From the NCBI GenBank assembly GCA_043727035.1, contig JAYSZB010000071.1, forward strand, positions 21,767-85,766: a stretch of DNA of 64,000 bases, in the 5' to 3' direction. Origin of the DNA: Sphingomonas sp. Lineage in GTDB: Bacteria; Pseudomonadota; Alphaproteobacteria; Sphingomonadales; Sphingomonadaceae. Positions 1 to 9,186 of this stretch are shown here, one piece after another. The notes under the pieces are model-generated. The model had not been told where the DNA came from. It worked only from the letters and a program-made list of their open reading frames with translations, and searched no databases. How positions within the stretch are numbered: the stretch's first letter is position 1; each line of letters begins with the position of its first letter. A program made the translations under genes and the position numbers.

Positions 1-796
1 GCCGATCAAAACTGCTTATGAAGAGAATGGCATTTCTCCGGGCGTCGTCAGCCGGATGAACTTTCCCGGCGTGTCGCGCGCCCCCGCCGCGCCCAGCCTT
101 GCCGAATTTGCCGACCGTCTTGCCCGCCTGCCGCTGGTCTATCAGCCCGGTACGCGTTGGAGCTACTCGGTCTCGCTCGACCTCCTTGGCCGGGTAATCG
201 AAGTCGTTTCGGGCCAGAGTTTCGATGCTTTCCTCAAGACGCGGCTGTTCGATCCGCTCGGCATGGCCAGCACCAGCTTCCGCGTTGCCGAAGCAAATAT
301 TCCCCGCCTCACCACCAATTACGCCCCGCTCGGCGGCACGCTGATCCCGATCGATCCCGCCTCGACCAGCATCTATCTCGATCAACCACCGTTTCCCTTC
401 GGCGGCGCAGGGCTGGTCAGTTCGGCGCGCGACTATGATCGCTTCCTCGCGATGCTGCTCGGCGAAGGCGAAGTCGGCGGCACCCGCATCCTTTCGACCG
501 CCACCGCGCAGCTCGCCATGTCGAACCTGCTCGACGACAGCATCGAACGCGAAGGCACCTTCGTCGCAGGGCAAGGCTTCGGCGCTGGCGGCCGCGTCAG
601 CCTGCCCGGCAATCCACAGGGCGCTGGCGTCTTCGGCTGGGGCGGCGCTGCGGGCACCATCGCCTTCGTCGATCGCACCCGCCGCGTGCGCTTTGGCGGA
701 TATGCCAATTACATGCCGTCGGAGGTGTACGACTTCCAGCGCCGGGTTGCCGAAGTCTTCTACGCCGATCTCGCCACCATGGCCCCCGCCGGTTGA
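1..796 (+). CDS. Serine hydrolase, beta-lactamase class C-like family (5' truncated by window edge)
   Basis: L..QPG.RWSYS.S.DLLG..IE..SG, PLGM.ST.F, GG.GL.S.ARDY.RF and FGWGGAAGT are typical AmpC-like esterase motifs; the N-terminal SxxK lies outside the window. Confidence 0.8.
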   Translation, partial: PIKTAYEENGISPGVVSRMNFPGVSRAPAAPSLAEFADRLARLPLVYQPGTRWSYSVSLDLLGRVIEVVSGQSFDAFLKTRLFDPLGMASTSFRVAEANIPRLTTNYAPLGGTLIPIDPASTSIYLDQPPFPFGGAGLVSSARDYDRFLAMLLGEGEVGGTRILSTATAQLAMSNLLDDSIEREGTFVAGQGFGAGGRVSLPGNPQGAGVFGWGGAAGTIAFVDRTRRVRFGGYANYMPSEVYDFQRRVAEVFYADLATMAPAG

Positions 797-1677
797 GCTT
801 CGCCCCGCCCGGCTTTTGCGGCGCGCGGATCGACCGCAGCGATGCGATCCGCCAGAGTTCCGAACAGCTGGCCGAGGCAATGGGGTCGCTGTCGGCGCGG
901 CTGCTCACGCTCGACGGCATCGATCCGCAGGAGGACGGGCAGGGCAATCTCGCCTGGGGCTCGCTCGCCGAAGCGGCGCCCGACGCGGAGCTTATCTTTC
1001 TCGGCCTCGAAAACGGCAAACCGCGCTTCGCCGCGATGCCGCCCCCCGGCACCGCGATAGACGCCCGCTCGCGCACCTGCTGGCGGGTATTGCCGTTCCT
1101 CAGCGCCGATCAGGTCGCGCTCTACGGCGCGGCGCGCAGCCTGATCGACTGGCACGCCCGCCATCGTTTCTGCGCCAATTGCGGGTCGCCGACGCGACTT
1201 GCCAAGGGCGGCTGGCAACGCGATTGCCCGTCGTGCAGCGCGCAGCATTTCCCGCGTACCGATCCTGTGGTGATCATGCTCGCCGAACATGGCGATAGCG
1301 TGCTCGTCGGTCGCCAGCACGGCTGGCCGGAAGGCCGCTTCTCGGCGCTCGCCGGTTTCCTCGAACCCGGCGAAAGTCTTGAGGAAGCGGTCGCGCGCGA
1401 ATTGTTCGAGGAGGCGGGTATCCGCGTCGATGCGGTGCGTTATGTCGCCAGCCAGCCCTGGCCCTTCCCCTCATCGCTGATGGTCGCCTGCATCGGCGTT
1501 GCCCGCTCTACCGAATTGATGCTCGACGAAACCGAGATCGAAGCCGCGATGTGGGTGGACCGCGCCGGTGTCGCGGCTGCCATGGCCGAATCGCCCGACG
1601 CTCCCTTCCTCGCCCCACCCCCGTTCGCCATCGCACACACGCTGTTCGCGCACTGGTTGACCGATCTCCCAAAGTAA
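793..1677 (+). CDS. nudC: NAD(+) diphosphatase NudC
   Basis: Zn ribbon CANCG...CPSC, Nudix box GFLEPGESLEEAVARELFEEAG, SQPWPFPSSLM signature; TTG start overlaps the upstream stop. Confidence 0.93.
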   Translation: MSFAPPGFCGARIDRSDAIRQSSEQLAEAMGSLSARLLTLDGIDPQEDGQGNLAWGSLAEAAPDAELIFLGLENGKPRFAAMPPPGTAIDARSRTCWRVLPFLSADQVALYGAARSLIDWHARHRFCANCGSPTRLAKGGWQRDCPSCSAQHFPRTDPVVIMLAEHGDSVLVGRQHGWPEGRFSALAGFLEPGESLEEAVARELFEEAGIRVDAVRYVASQPWPFPSSLMVACIGVARSTELMLDETEIEAAMWVDRAGVAAAMAESPDAPFLAPPPFAIAHTLFAHWLTDLPK

Positions 1678-1710
1678 TCACGGTGATCGCCACCGGGCTG
1701 GGCGATGGAC

Positions 1711-1738
1711 AAAAAAATGGGCCACCCGAAGGTGGCCC
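1711..1738 (-). terminator. Rho-independent terminator
   Basis: Perfect 8-bp GC stem with TTCG loop followed by A-T7 on the minus strand. Confidence 0.85.
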
Positions 1739-1776
1739 TGAGGAGGATTGGGAGAGAGTGCCTCGAAAGGCATGGT
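1711..1776 (-). ncRNA. Candidate small RNA: two UUCG-capped hairpins flanking a CU-rich anti-SD linker, ending in an intrinsic terminator
   Basis: Minus strand reads UGCCU-UUCG-AGGCA, CUCUCUCCCAAUCCUCCUCA, GGGCCACC-UUCG-GGUGGCCC-A-U7; AT-rich promoter-like DNA lies upstream (1780-1845). Confidence 0.5.
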
Positions 1777-1827
1777 TCTTATGTAACCGGATTGATTTTG
1801 CTGCAACTGCGAAAAGCAACAACGCGA

Positions 1828-1842
1828 TTGCAAATTTTGCAA
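1828..1842. promoter_or_regulatory. Perfect 7-1-7 palindrome TTGCAAA-T-TTTGCAA, candidate transcription-factor operator
   Basis: Seen directly in the AT-rich intergenic DNA just beyond the pgm stop. Confidence 0.4.
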
Positions 1843-1847
1843 CTCAT

Positions 1848-3245
1848 TCAGTGACCCGCCTGCCGACCACGGACGATGCCGCTTGCATTAAGTTGATCGT
1901 CAATTTGCCCCATCAGCCGCGCCAGACCCGCCTCGTCCGCAGCTTCGGCGCGCGCCACCAGCACGTCCTGCGTGTTCGATGCGCGCAGCAACCACCAACC
2001 GTCAGCAGTAGAAACCCGCGCTCCATCGGTGCGATCGATGCTTGCGCCGCTGGCCCCAAGCCGCTCGAGTACTTCGTCGATCACCGCAAACTTGCGGCTT
2101 TCGTCAACCTGAAAGCGCAGCTCAGGCGTGTTGATCATTGCCGCCATCGCGTTTCGCGACTCCGTTACGGAGCGGCCCAGTTTGCCAACCGATTCGATTA
2201 GCTGCACCGCAGCATAATGCGCGTCATCGAACCCGTAATAGCGATGGCCGAAAAAGATATGCCCGCTCATTTCGCCCGCCAGCGGCGATCCGGTCTCTTT
2301 CATCTTGGCCTTGACCAGACTGTGCCCGGTTTTCCACATCAACGGCTGGCCGCCCAGCGCCGCCACCCGGTCGAACAGCGCGTTACTCGCCTTGACGTCG
2401 GCGATGATGATGGCGCCCGGCACATCTTTTAGAACCATTTCGGCATATATCTGCAGCAGCTGATCGCCCCAGATGATGCGGCCTTCGCCATCGATCGCGC
2501 CGATCCTGTCGCCATCGCCATCGAATGCGACGCCAAAATCGAGATTTCTCTCGGCGACGAGCTTTCTCAGATCCGCCAGATTCTTTTCCTCGGTCGGATC
2601 GGGATGGTGGTTAGGGAAATGTCCATCGATGTCGGTAAAAAGCGTGAAATGCTCACCCGGCAACCGCTTGACCAAAGCTTCTACCACAGGCCCCGCCGCG
2701 CCGTTGCCAGCGTCCCAGCCGATGCGCAGCGCCGGTCCGGCAAATCCCTCCAACAGGCGATTGACATAGGCCTCCAGCATATCGGCGTGCTCGACGCTGC
2801 CGCCAATCTCGCCAGCGCCGCCCTCCCAGTCGGCCGCCGCCGCCATCGCGCCGATCGCCTGAATTTGCTCGCCATAATATGGCGCGCCCGCCGCTATGAA
2901 CTTGAAGCCGTTGTAATCGGGGGGATTATGGCTGCCGGTTATTTCTATCCCGCCATTCGCTTCTAGCGCGTGAGTAGCGAAATAGAGCATCGGCGTCGAT
3001 GATTGACCGATGGAAATGGCGGTGCAGCCTGTCGCCACCAGCCCGTCGATCAGCGCCTCGGCCAGTGATGGTGAAGACAGTCGCCCATCATAGCCTACCA
3101 CCACCCTGGTGCCGCCGCTGCGCCGTATATGGCTGCCGAACCCCAGCCCAATGGCGCGCGCGTCAGCGGCGTGCAACGTCTCGCCGACCACGCCGCGAAT
3201 GTCGTACTCTCGCAGCAGTGTAGGGTGGAAATGGTGCGGCGTCAT
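1848..3245 (-). CDS. pgm: Phosphomannomutase/phosphoglucomutase
   Basis: [19 protein letters not shown] phosphoserine loop, FDGDGDR metal loop, GEMSGH sugar loop. Confidence 0.93.
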   Translation of the reverse strand: MTPHHFHPTLLREYDIRGVVGETLHAADARAIGLGFGSHIRRSGGTRVVVGYDGRLSSPSLAEALIDGLVATGCTAISIGQSSTPMLYFATHALEANGGIEITGSHNPPDYNGFKFIAAGAPYYGEQIQAIGAMAAAADWEGGAGEIGGSVEHADMLEAYVNRLLEGFAGPALRIGWDAGNGAAGPVVEALVKRLPGEHFTLFTDIDGHFPNHHPDPTEEKNLADLRKLVAERNLDFGVAFDGDGDRIGAIDGEGRIIWGDQLLQIYAEMVLKDVPGAIIIADVKASNALFDRVAALGGQPLMWKTGHSLVKAKMKETGSPLAGEMSGHIFFGHRYYGFDDAHYAAVQLIESVGKLGRSVTESRNAMAAMINTPELRFQVDESRKFAVIDEVLERLGASGASIDRTDGARVSTADGWWLLRASNTQDVLVARAEAADEAGLARLMGQIDDQLNASGIVRGRQAGH

Positions 3246-4039
3246 GTGGCGGTCCCGCCGATGCCGTCCATCGGCAGCGCCAGCCCCGCCAGCATCTCAC
3301 GCAGCTCCTGCCGTGCAGCGACATGGCTTGTGCCCAGCTCGCCTAGCTGGCCACGATCGAGCAATGTCAGGCCGGAGGGAAACAGCTCGCGGAAAATCAC
3401 CCGCTCGGTCAGCCCCGGGACCACGCGGAATCCGACCCGGCCAGACAATTCACCCAGCGCCTCGCCCACCCGCCGCATATTGCGCGCCTCGAGCGATTGG
3501 ATGCGGTTGCGCAGCACCACCCAATCGATCGTCCCGCCATCCATCGTCGCGCGCATCTTGCGCGCGTTCCAGATTAGCTCGGCGTAGAAACTCGGGCGCT
3601 GCACCTTGAAATTTTCGGCATCGACTTGGCCGATCAGATCGAAATCGACGAAACTGTCGTTCATTGGCGTCACCAGCGTGTGCGCCAGCGTCGCCATATG
3701 CCGGGCCAGCTCATCGTCGCGCCCGGGCGTGTCGACGACAAGGAAATCGGCTCCCTCGGCCAGACCGATCAGTTTCTCGCCCAGTGCCTCGATCGGCTCA
3801 CCGCCGAACACGTCGAATCGTGGGGTAGGAAGCGCAATTCCACGTCTTGTTGCAGTGGCCACCCGATTTTCCAGATAGCGGTAGAACGTGCGCTGGCGAT
3901 GATCGAGATCGAGCCCCGACACCTTCGCCCCCAGCGTCGCCAGCGCCACCGCGACATGCACCGCGCAGGTCGATTTGCCGGTTCCGCCCTTTTCATTGGC
4001 AAAGACAATGATATGCGGACGGGCAGTAGCGGCGGTCAT
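3242..4039 (-). CDS. mipZ: Division-plane positioning ATPase MipZ
   Basis: Deviant Walker [46 protein letters not shown]; MipZ-pgm synteny is typical of alphaproteobacteria. Confidence 0.9.
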   Translation of the reverse strand: MTAATARPHIIVFANEKGGTGKSTCAVHVAVALATLGAKVSGLDLDHRQRTFYRYLENRVATATRRGIALPTPRFDVFGGEPIEALGEKLIGLAEGADFLVVDTPGRDDELARHMATLAHTLVTPMNDSFVDFDLIGQVDAENFKVQRPSFYAELIWNARKMRATMDGGTIDWVVLRNRIQSLEARNMRRVGEALGELSGRVGFRVVPGLTERVIFRELFPSGLTLLDRGQLGELGTSHVAARQELREMLAGLALPMDGIGGTAT

Positions 4040-4137
4040 GCGGGCGGTGGCCTTTTCGGATCGAAGCGGTCTGATCGGGCAAGCTGTCCGACCCGTCAGG
4101 CTCTAAAGACCGGCAGGGGTTAAGGGAAGGCAAAGCG

Positions 4138-4977
4138 ATGCAGACGATCCGCAGTTTGGCCGAACTGCGCGCGGCGATGATCGCGCTGCGCCACGATCAT
4201 GGCAGTGTCGCCTTTGTGCCGACCATGGGGGCTCTGCACGACGGCCATCTGACGTTGGTGCGGGAGGGCAGGCGCAAGGCCGATCATGTCGTCGCCTCGA
4301 TCTTCGTCAATCCCAAGCAATTCAGCCCAAATGAAGACCTCGCCGCCTATCCGCGCCGCGAGGCCGAGGATGCGGCCAAGCTTGCGGCGGAGGGCGTCGC
4401 ACTGCTGTGGTTGCCCGATTTGGCGGCGATGTATCCGCAGGGCCATGCGACGATGATCGGTGTCGGCGGGCTCGATGCGGTGCTGTGCGGCGCGGCGCGA
4501 CCCGGCCATTTCGACGGCGTCGCGACCGTCGTCGCCAAATTGTTCAATCAGGTTGCGCCGGATATCGCGCTGTTCGGCGAGAAGGACTGGCAGCAGCTGG
4601 CGATCATCCGCCGCATGTCGACCGACCTCGATTTCGCGCTGGAGATTGCCGGTGTGCCAACTGTGCGCGAAGCCGACGGCCTCGCCATGTCCTCGCGCAA
4701 CGCCTATCTGACGCCCGATCAGCGCGCGGTCGCAGCGGCGCTGCCGCGTGCGTTGTTCGATGCGGCGCAGCAGCTCAGCGGCAGTGGACCGGCAGAGCCG
4801 GTTATCGCGGGTGCGATGGCAGCAATCCTTGCGGCGGGCTTTACCAGCATCGACTATCTCGACCTGCGGGACGGCGCCTCGCTCCAGCCGCTTGAGGCCG
4901 CCTGTGAGGGTGCACGGCTGTTCGTCGCCGCCCGAATCGGCACTACCCGCCTGATCGACAATATCCCGGTCGGCTAA
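4138..4977 (+). CDS. panC: Pantoate--beta-alanine ligase
   Basis: VPTMGALHDGH, SIFVNPKQF, RPGHFDGV, FGEKDWQQ, AMSSRN, RLIDN. Confidence 0.96.
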   Translation: MQTIRSLAELRAAMIALRHDHGSVAFVPTMGALHDGHLTLVREGRRKADHVVASIFVNPKQFSPNEDLAAYPRREAEDAAKLAAEGVALLWLPDLAAMYPQGHATMIGVGGLDAVLCGAARPGHFDGVATVVAKLFNQVAPDIALFGEKDWQQLAIIRRMSTDLDFALEIAGVPTVREADGLAMSSRNAYLTPDQRAVAAALPRALFDAAQQLSGSGPAEPVIAGAMAAILAAGFTSIDYLDLRDGASLQPLEAACEGARLFVAARIGTTRLIDNIPVG

Positions 4978-4993
4978 GCGGCTGACGCACTTT

Positions 4994-5020
4994 GGTTAAT
5001 CGCGTTAACCATTTGTTGAC
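4994..5020 (+). promoter_or_regulatory. Candidate CtrA-binding region (GGTTAA-N5-TTAACC palindrome plus TTAA-N7-TTGAC)
   Basis: TTAACCATTTGTTGAC at 5005-5020 matches TTAA-N7-TTAAC with one mismatch. Confidence 0.55.
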
Positions 5021-5076
5021 CTCGATTCGGGATTGTCCGTTGTGGAGCCAAAGTCGCTCCGTAACGGGGAATTATC

Positions 5077-5391
5077 ATGGGCATCAAGCTCTCTACCGCC
5101 ACCAGCCTGTTCGATTCCAATCTGGCGGCTGCGTCGCGCGGCAATGCCGACGCTTATTTCGACCTCGGCATGGCTTACTCGACCGGCAGCGACGGGGTCG
5201 ATGTCGATATGATCGAAGCACATAAATGGTTCAATCTGGCGGCGCTCGCCGGGGTCCGCGAAGGCAGTCTGCTGCGGGCCGAGATCGCCGCCGATATGGG
5301 CCGTCAGGAAATCGCCGAAGCCCAGCGTCAGGCGCGCGCCTGGATCGCCAGCCTCGGCACCGGCACGATGCAGCAACGCAACGCCGCTTAG
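5077..5391 (+). CDS. Small Sel1-repeat protein
   Basis: AA..GNADAYFDLGMAYSTGSDGVDVDMIEAHKWFNLAA is one Sel1/TPR-like repeat; the A..M...EIAEAQR.AR.W tail is typical of this small family. Confidence 0.8.
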   Translation: MGIKLSTATSLFDSNLAAASRGNADAYFDLGMAYSTGSDGVDVDMIEAHKWFNLAALAGVREGSLLRAEIAADMGRQEIAEAQRQARAWIASLGTGTMQQRNAA

Positions 5392-6539
5392 TCCGTTTTA
5401 CGGAACGGCAGCCGCTCGGCTAGCCACGCGCTTTCCTGCTCCGCCGCCGGCACCTCGCGTTCGAGGAAATCGGCAATAGCGGCGCGAAATCCGGGATGCG
5501 GAATATAATGCGCCGACCATGTCGCCACCGGCTCGTAGCCGCGCGCCATCTTGTGCCCGCCCTGCGCGCCCGCTTCGACCCGCGTCAGCCCATGCGCCAG
5601 TGCGAAATCGATCGCCTGATAATAGCATAGTTCGAAATGCAGGCAGGGTATGTCGGCCAGACAGCCCCAGTAGCGCCCGTAAAGCGCATCCGCGCCAATC
5701 ATGTTAAGCGCCGCCGCCAGCGGGCGACCCGTTGAGCGATCGTAAGCGACCAGCAGCAATACCCGCTCCGCCATCCGCTCGCCGAGCAGTGTGAACGCCT
5801 CGCGTGTCAGATATGGCGTTCCCCATTTGCGCTGCCCAGTGTCCTGATAACAGGCCCACATCACGTCCCAGTGTTCGGGCTGGATCGCAACTCCGGTCAG
5901 CGCCTCGATCCGCACCAAAGCCTGCGCCGTCGCGCGTTCCTTGCGGATGTCCTTGCGCTTGCGCGAAGAGAGCGCGGCGAGGAATCCGTCGAAATCTCCA
6001 TACTCCTTGTCGGACCAGTGAAACTGGTTGTCACGGCGAATCAGCCAACCTGCGCTCTCGAACAGCGCGATTTGCTCGGGCGCGACGAAGGTGGCGTGGG
6101 CCGACGAAAAACCGTTCTGGTCGACCACCGCCTCCAGCGCGGCGATCAGCGCAGGGGCTTCGGTATCGTCGGCCAGCAGCAGACGTCTGCCAGGGACGGG
6201 AGTGAATGGCACCGCGATCTGCAGCTTGGGATAATAGTCCCCACCTGAGCGCTGCCATGCGTCGGCCCAGCCAGAATCGAAGACATATTCGCCCTGGCTA
6301 TGGCTCTTGAGATAGGCTGGAGCAGCGGCAACGAGGCTGCCGTTCAGGCCGTCGATCAGCACCGCTGCCGATTGCCAGCCAGTGCCGGGGCCGATGCTGC
6401 CCGACTCTTCTAGGAGCGAGAGAAAGGCGTGGCTGAGGAATGGATCGTCGCTGCCCGCCAACGCATCCCACTTCGACGCATCGACCGACGCGATGCCGGG
6501 GGCGATTCGCGCGATGAGGGGGAGGGCGGCATCGGCCAT
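5388..6539 (-). CDS. GNAT-fold FemAB-like protein (DUF482 family)
   Basis: YLKSHSQGEYVFD.GWADA, YYPKLQ.AVPFTP, LYGRYWG, HFELCYYQ, EAGAQG.HK; start placed at ATG 6539. Confidence 0.85.
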   Translation of the reverse strand: MADAALPLIARIAPGIASVDASKWDALAGSDDPFLSHAFLSLLEESGSIGPGTGWQSAAVLIDGLNGSLVAAAPAYLKSHSQGEYVFDSGWADAWQRSGGDYYPKLQIAVPFTPVPGRRLLLADDTEAPALIAALEAVVDQNGFSSAHATFVAPEQIALFESAGWLIRRDNQFHWSDKEYGDFDGFLAALSSRKRKDIRKERATAQALVRIEALTGVAIQPEHWDVMWACYQDTGQRKWGTPYLTREAFTLLGERMAERVLLLVAYDRSTGRPLAAALNMIGADALYGRYWGCLADIPCLHFELCYYQAIDFALAHGLTRVEAGAQGGHKMARGYEPVATWSAHYIPHPGFRAAIADFLEREVPAAEQESAWLAERLPFRKTD

Positions 6540-6644
6540 ATTTGGGATATGGGTCACTCCAGCCGATTCGTCACCCCGGCCTTGAGGCGGGGTCGCTGGC
6601 GGCACAGCGTTCGGTCGAAAGCGGCCCGGGATCCGGGGCGACGG

Positions 6645-7109
6645 TTATGGCTTGACCGCCACTACCGCATCGATTTCCACCGCCGCACCACGCGGCAGGG
6701 CAGGCACGCCGACCGCGCTGCGGGCGTGGCGGCCAGCTTCGCCGAACGCCAGCAGCATCAGTTCCGACGCACCATTGGCGACTTCGGGCTGGCGGGTGAA
6801 ATCGGGGGTGGAGGTGACGAACACCCCGAGTTTGACGATGCGCTCGACCCGTTCGAGATCGCCCAGCGCCTTCTTGATCTGCGCCAGCAGCATCAGGCCG
6901 CACAGCTGCGCCGCCGCCTGACCTGCCTCGACCTCCATATCGTCACCCAGCCGCCCGGTGACGATCGCCGCGTCACGAAACGAAACTTGGCCGGAGATGT
7001 ACAACAAATTGCCGACCTGCACCGTCGGAACATAGGCGGCGATCGGCGCGAGCGCCTCTGGCAGGGTGAAACCGGCTTCGGTCAGGCGCGCTTCGACGCT
7101 CTGGGTCAT
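6645..7109 (-). CDS. RidA/YjgF family protein
   Basis: YVP..QVGNLLYISGQ, VKLGVFV.STPDF..QP.VANGAS.L, HARSAVGV..LP.GAAVEID; start MTQSVEARL. Confidence 0.9.
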   Translation of the reverse strand: MTQSVEARLTEAGFTLPEALAPIAAYVPTVQVGNLLYISGQVSFRDAAIVTGRLGDDMEVEAGQAAAQLCGLMLLAQIKKALGDLERVERIVKLGVFVTSTPDFTRQPEVANGASELMLLAFGEAGRHARSAVGVPALPRGAAVEIDAVVAVKP

Positions 7110-7756
7110 GATGGGCTCTCCAATGCAAGGGCCGGGGCAGGGTGCCCGGCCGTGAGTTTTTCGGCCAACCAGCTTTCCGCCACCGACCAGTCGTCGATGC
7201 GGACATGGGATTGGCTGGCGGCAGGAATTTTCGGTGCGATCAGCGGTTCGCCGACCATATGCAGCCGCCACACATCGGGTACCGAGTCGGCAACAGATTT
7301 ATGATGCTGCGGCAGATCGTCGATGAAGGCGGTGACGCTCGGTTGCATCTCGTCGATCAATGCTTTGACCGGATCGCCCTTGCCACCGCGGCTGCCGATA
7401 ACGCGAAACGGCATCCCGGCTTTGATCAACTGCTCGGTGCGCGCATCCTGATGTTCTGGGCCGACGTTAGTCAGGATGACGATATCGGCGATGGCCGAAA
7501 GCCGTTCGAGTGCTGCCTGCGCACCGGCAATCGCGTATTGCCGGTGCATTTCGTGCCTAAAAAATCCGTCGAGCAGCGGCCAGACTTCCGTGGCCTGCAA
7601 CGGCGTGCCGCAGCTTTTGCGCTTGAGCGCGTTGGCGAATGTCGCATCCTCAAGGGCGAAGTCGATGTCATGATCGTCGGACAGCCAAGCGCCAAACGGC
7701 ACCACCATGTGCATCAGCACTTCGTCGCAATCGGTAATGAGCAGAGGGCGGGCCAT
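7106..7756 (-). CDS. HAD-superfamily hydrolase
   Basis: Motif I ITDCDEVL, LTN motif II, K motif III, FIDDL motif IV. Confidence 0.75.
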   Translation of the reverse strand: MARPLLITDCDEVLMHMVVPFGAWLSDDHDIDFALEDATFANALKRKSCGTPLQATEVWPLLDGFFRHEMHRQYAIAGAQAALERLSAIADIVILTNVGPEHQDARTEQLIKAGMPFRVIGSRGGKGDPVKALIDEMQPSVTAFIDDLPQHHKSVADSVPDVWRLHMVGEPLIAPKIPAASQSHVRIDDWSVAESWLAEKLTAGHPAPALALESPS

Positions 7757-7758
7757 AT

Positions 7759-8061
7759 CTATCCTGTAGTAAGCGCTGCGGTGGCGGCGACGATGTCGGT
7801 GGGCGAACAATCGAGCGCCTCGGCGCAGGCGATCAGATCGGGCTCGTGGCTCGACAGGAACTCGCCGGTCGCCGCCAATATCGCCGGATCGGTGGCGCGG
7901 GCGCGCAATTCGGACGCATCGAGTCCGGTGAGGTCGAGCAGGCGCTGTCCACGCATATCATCGCCGCAGACCCACGCCAGTGCACCGAGCAACAGCACCG
8001 ACGGGTCTGGTTTGGCGCGCGGGGCTGGGCGGTTGGGGTCCATCGGATGAGCCTTCGGCAA
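7759..8061 (-). CDS. DUF3572 family protein
   Basis: L.ALAW....D.R..RLL.LTGL....LR..A.DP..LA....FL...E.DL..CA; position divergent from divK is typical. Confidence 0.75.
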   Translation of the reverse strand: MPKAHPMDPNRPAPRAKPDPSVLLLGALAWVCGDDMRGQRLLDLTGLDASELRARATDPAILAATGEFLSSHEPDLIACAEALDCSPTDIVAATAALTTG

Positions 8062-8135
8062 TCTGTTTGTTTCGACTTTATCCTTGGCCTATGAGGCGCT
8101 CGCGGGCAAGCATCGGCAACACCGGGCAGCAAGGG

Positions 8136-8513
8136 ATGCAGACAAGAATGACTGGCAAGCGGGTTCTGGTGGTCGAGGATAATGAACTCAACCTGCGCCT
8201 GTTCTGCGACCTGCTGACGGCGCATGGATACCAGTCTGAGCCGGTGCGCGATGGGCGCGATGCGATGGCGCGGGCCAGCGAGGTCAGGCCCGATCTGATC
8301 GTCATGGACATACAGCTGCCGCATGTCAGCGGTATGGATCTGATCGCATCGATCAAGGCCGATCCGGCGCTGGGCGCGACGCCAATTCTGGCGGTGACCG
8401 CCTATGCCGGGCGCGACGATGAGGCGCGGATCAGGGCGGCGGGGGCCGAAGGCTATGTGTCCAAGCCGATTTCGGTGCTGCGGTTCATTGAGGCGGTCGA
8501 GGCGTTGCTGTGA
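8136..8513 (+). CDS. divK: Single-domain response regulator DivK
   Basis: KRVLVVEDNELNLRLFCDLL, LIVMDIQLP (phospho-Asp), AVTAYA, EGYVSKPIS closely match DivK. Confidence 0.85.
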   Translation: MQTRMTGKRVLVVEDNELNLRLFCDLLTAHGYQSEPVRDGRDAMARASEVRPDLIVMDIQLPHVSGMDLIASIKADPALGATPILAVTAYAGRDDEARIRAAGAEGYVSKPISVLRFIEAVEALL

Positions 8514-8704
8514 TGGCAACTGGAAGTTGACAGTGCCGGAAGTGGACAAAGTTGACACCAACGGGGGTTGCCGTTCACGGCTGGCGTGGAGCGTGACGGG
8601 CCTACTTCGATCCGCGTGATTGCCCCTCGTTCCTCGCGTCGCTGCAAATCCCTTACCGTCGCTGTGCATCGAACCAACCCCATCCCGTGCTGAAGCGAGT
8701 TGTG

Positions 8705-8719
8705 GAACATAGGATGAAC
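8705..8719 (-). promoter_or_regulatory. Alphaproteobacterial LexA (SOS) box overlapping a sigma70-like promoter
   Basis: GAAC-ATAGGAT-GAAC is a perfect GAAC-N7-GAAC; the minus-strand TTGAAA(8733-8728)-N16-TATGTT(8711-8706) overlaps it. Confidence 0.65.
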
Positions 8720-8747
8720 AAGGCCGGTTTCAAGGACGCGAGCGCAT

Positions 8748-8778
8748 GAAAAAGGGCGCGGCTTCGAGCCGCACCCTT
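8748..8778 (-). terminator. Intrinsic terminator downstream of rpmG
   Basis: Minus strand AAGGGTGCGGC-TCGAA-GCCGCGCCCTT followed by TTT. Confidence 0.75.
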
Positions 8779-8784
8779 AGGAAG

Positions 8785-8856
8785 TGGATCCCCGGTTCGG
8801 TCATTGACCGAGTTTACCCTGAGCGCCAGCAGGGCAGTCGGAGGGCGGGGATGACG
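8785..8856. repeat. Composite/nested palindromic repeat
   Basis: ATCCCCG/CGGGGAT arms (ending GGGGATGACG) enclose a TCGGTCA-T-TGACCGA hairpin and TTACCCTGAGCG, which is identical to 9190-9201. Confidence 0.55.
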
Positions 8857-8891
8857 CAAGGCCTAAGGCGCTAAAAGCGCCCAAGCTTGCG

Positions 8892-9059
8892 TCACTTGAT
8901 CTTCGCTTCCTTAAATTCGACGTGCTTGCGTACGACAGGGTCGTACTTGCTCTTCGACATTTTCTCGGTCTGCGTGCGCGGGTTCTTCTTGGTGACGTAG
9001 AAAAAGCCGGTGTCAGCGGTGCTGACGAGCCTGATCTTGACGGTGGTCGGCTTGGCCAT
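8892..9059 (-). CDS. rpmG: 50S ribosomal protein L33
   Basis: [33 protein letters not shown]...[18 protein letters not shown], 55 aa. Confidence 0.97.
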   Translation of the reverse strand: MAKPTTVKIRLVSTADTGFFYVTKKNPRTQTEKMSKSKYDPVVRKHVEFKEAKIK

Positions 9060-9186
9060 GACCAATATCCTATCGCATATGCGTTGAAATGGAAAAGGGG
9101 CAGCCGCAAAGCCGCCCGCAAGTTGGCGCGCAGTGGCGGCGCAGCGCGGGTTTGTCAAGCCGGGAGAGTCTGTCGCACACCGGCCG

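Noticed and set aside
4120-4123. CtrA box upstream of mipZ/panC
   Set aside because: Only one TTAA half-site, with no partner at N7 on either strand
8951-8970. KMSKS string in ribosomal protein L33
   Set aside because: Coincidental match to the class I synthetase motif in a variable stretch of L33
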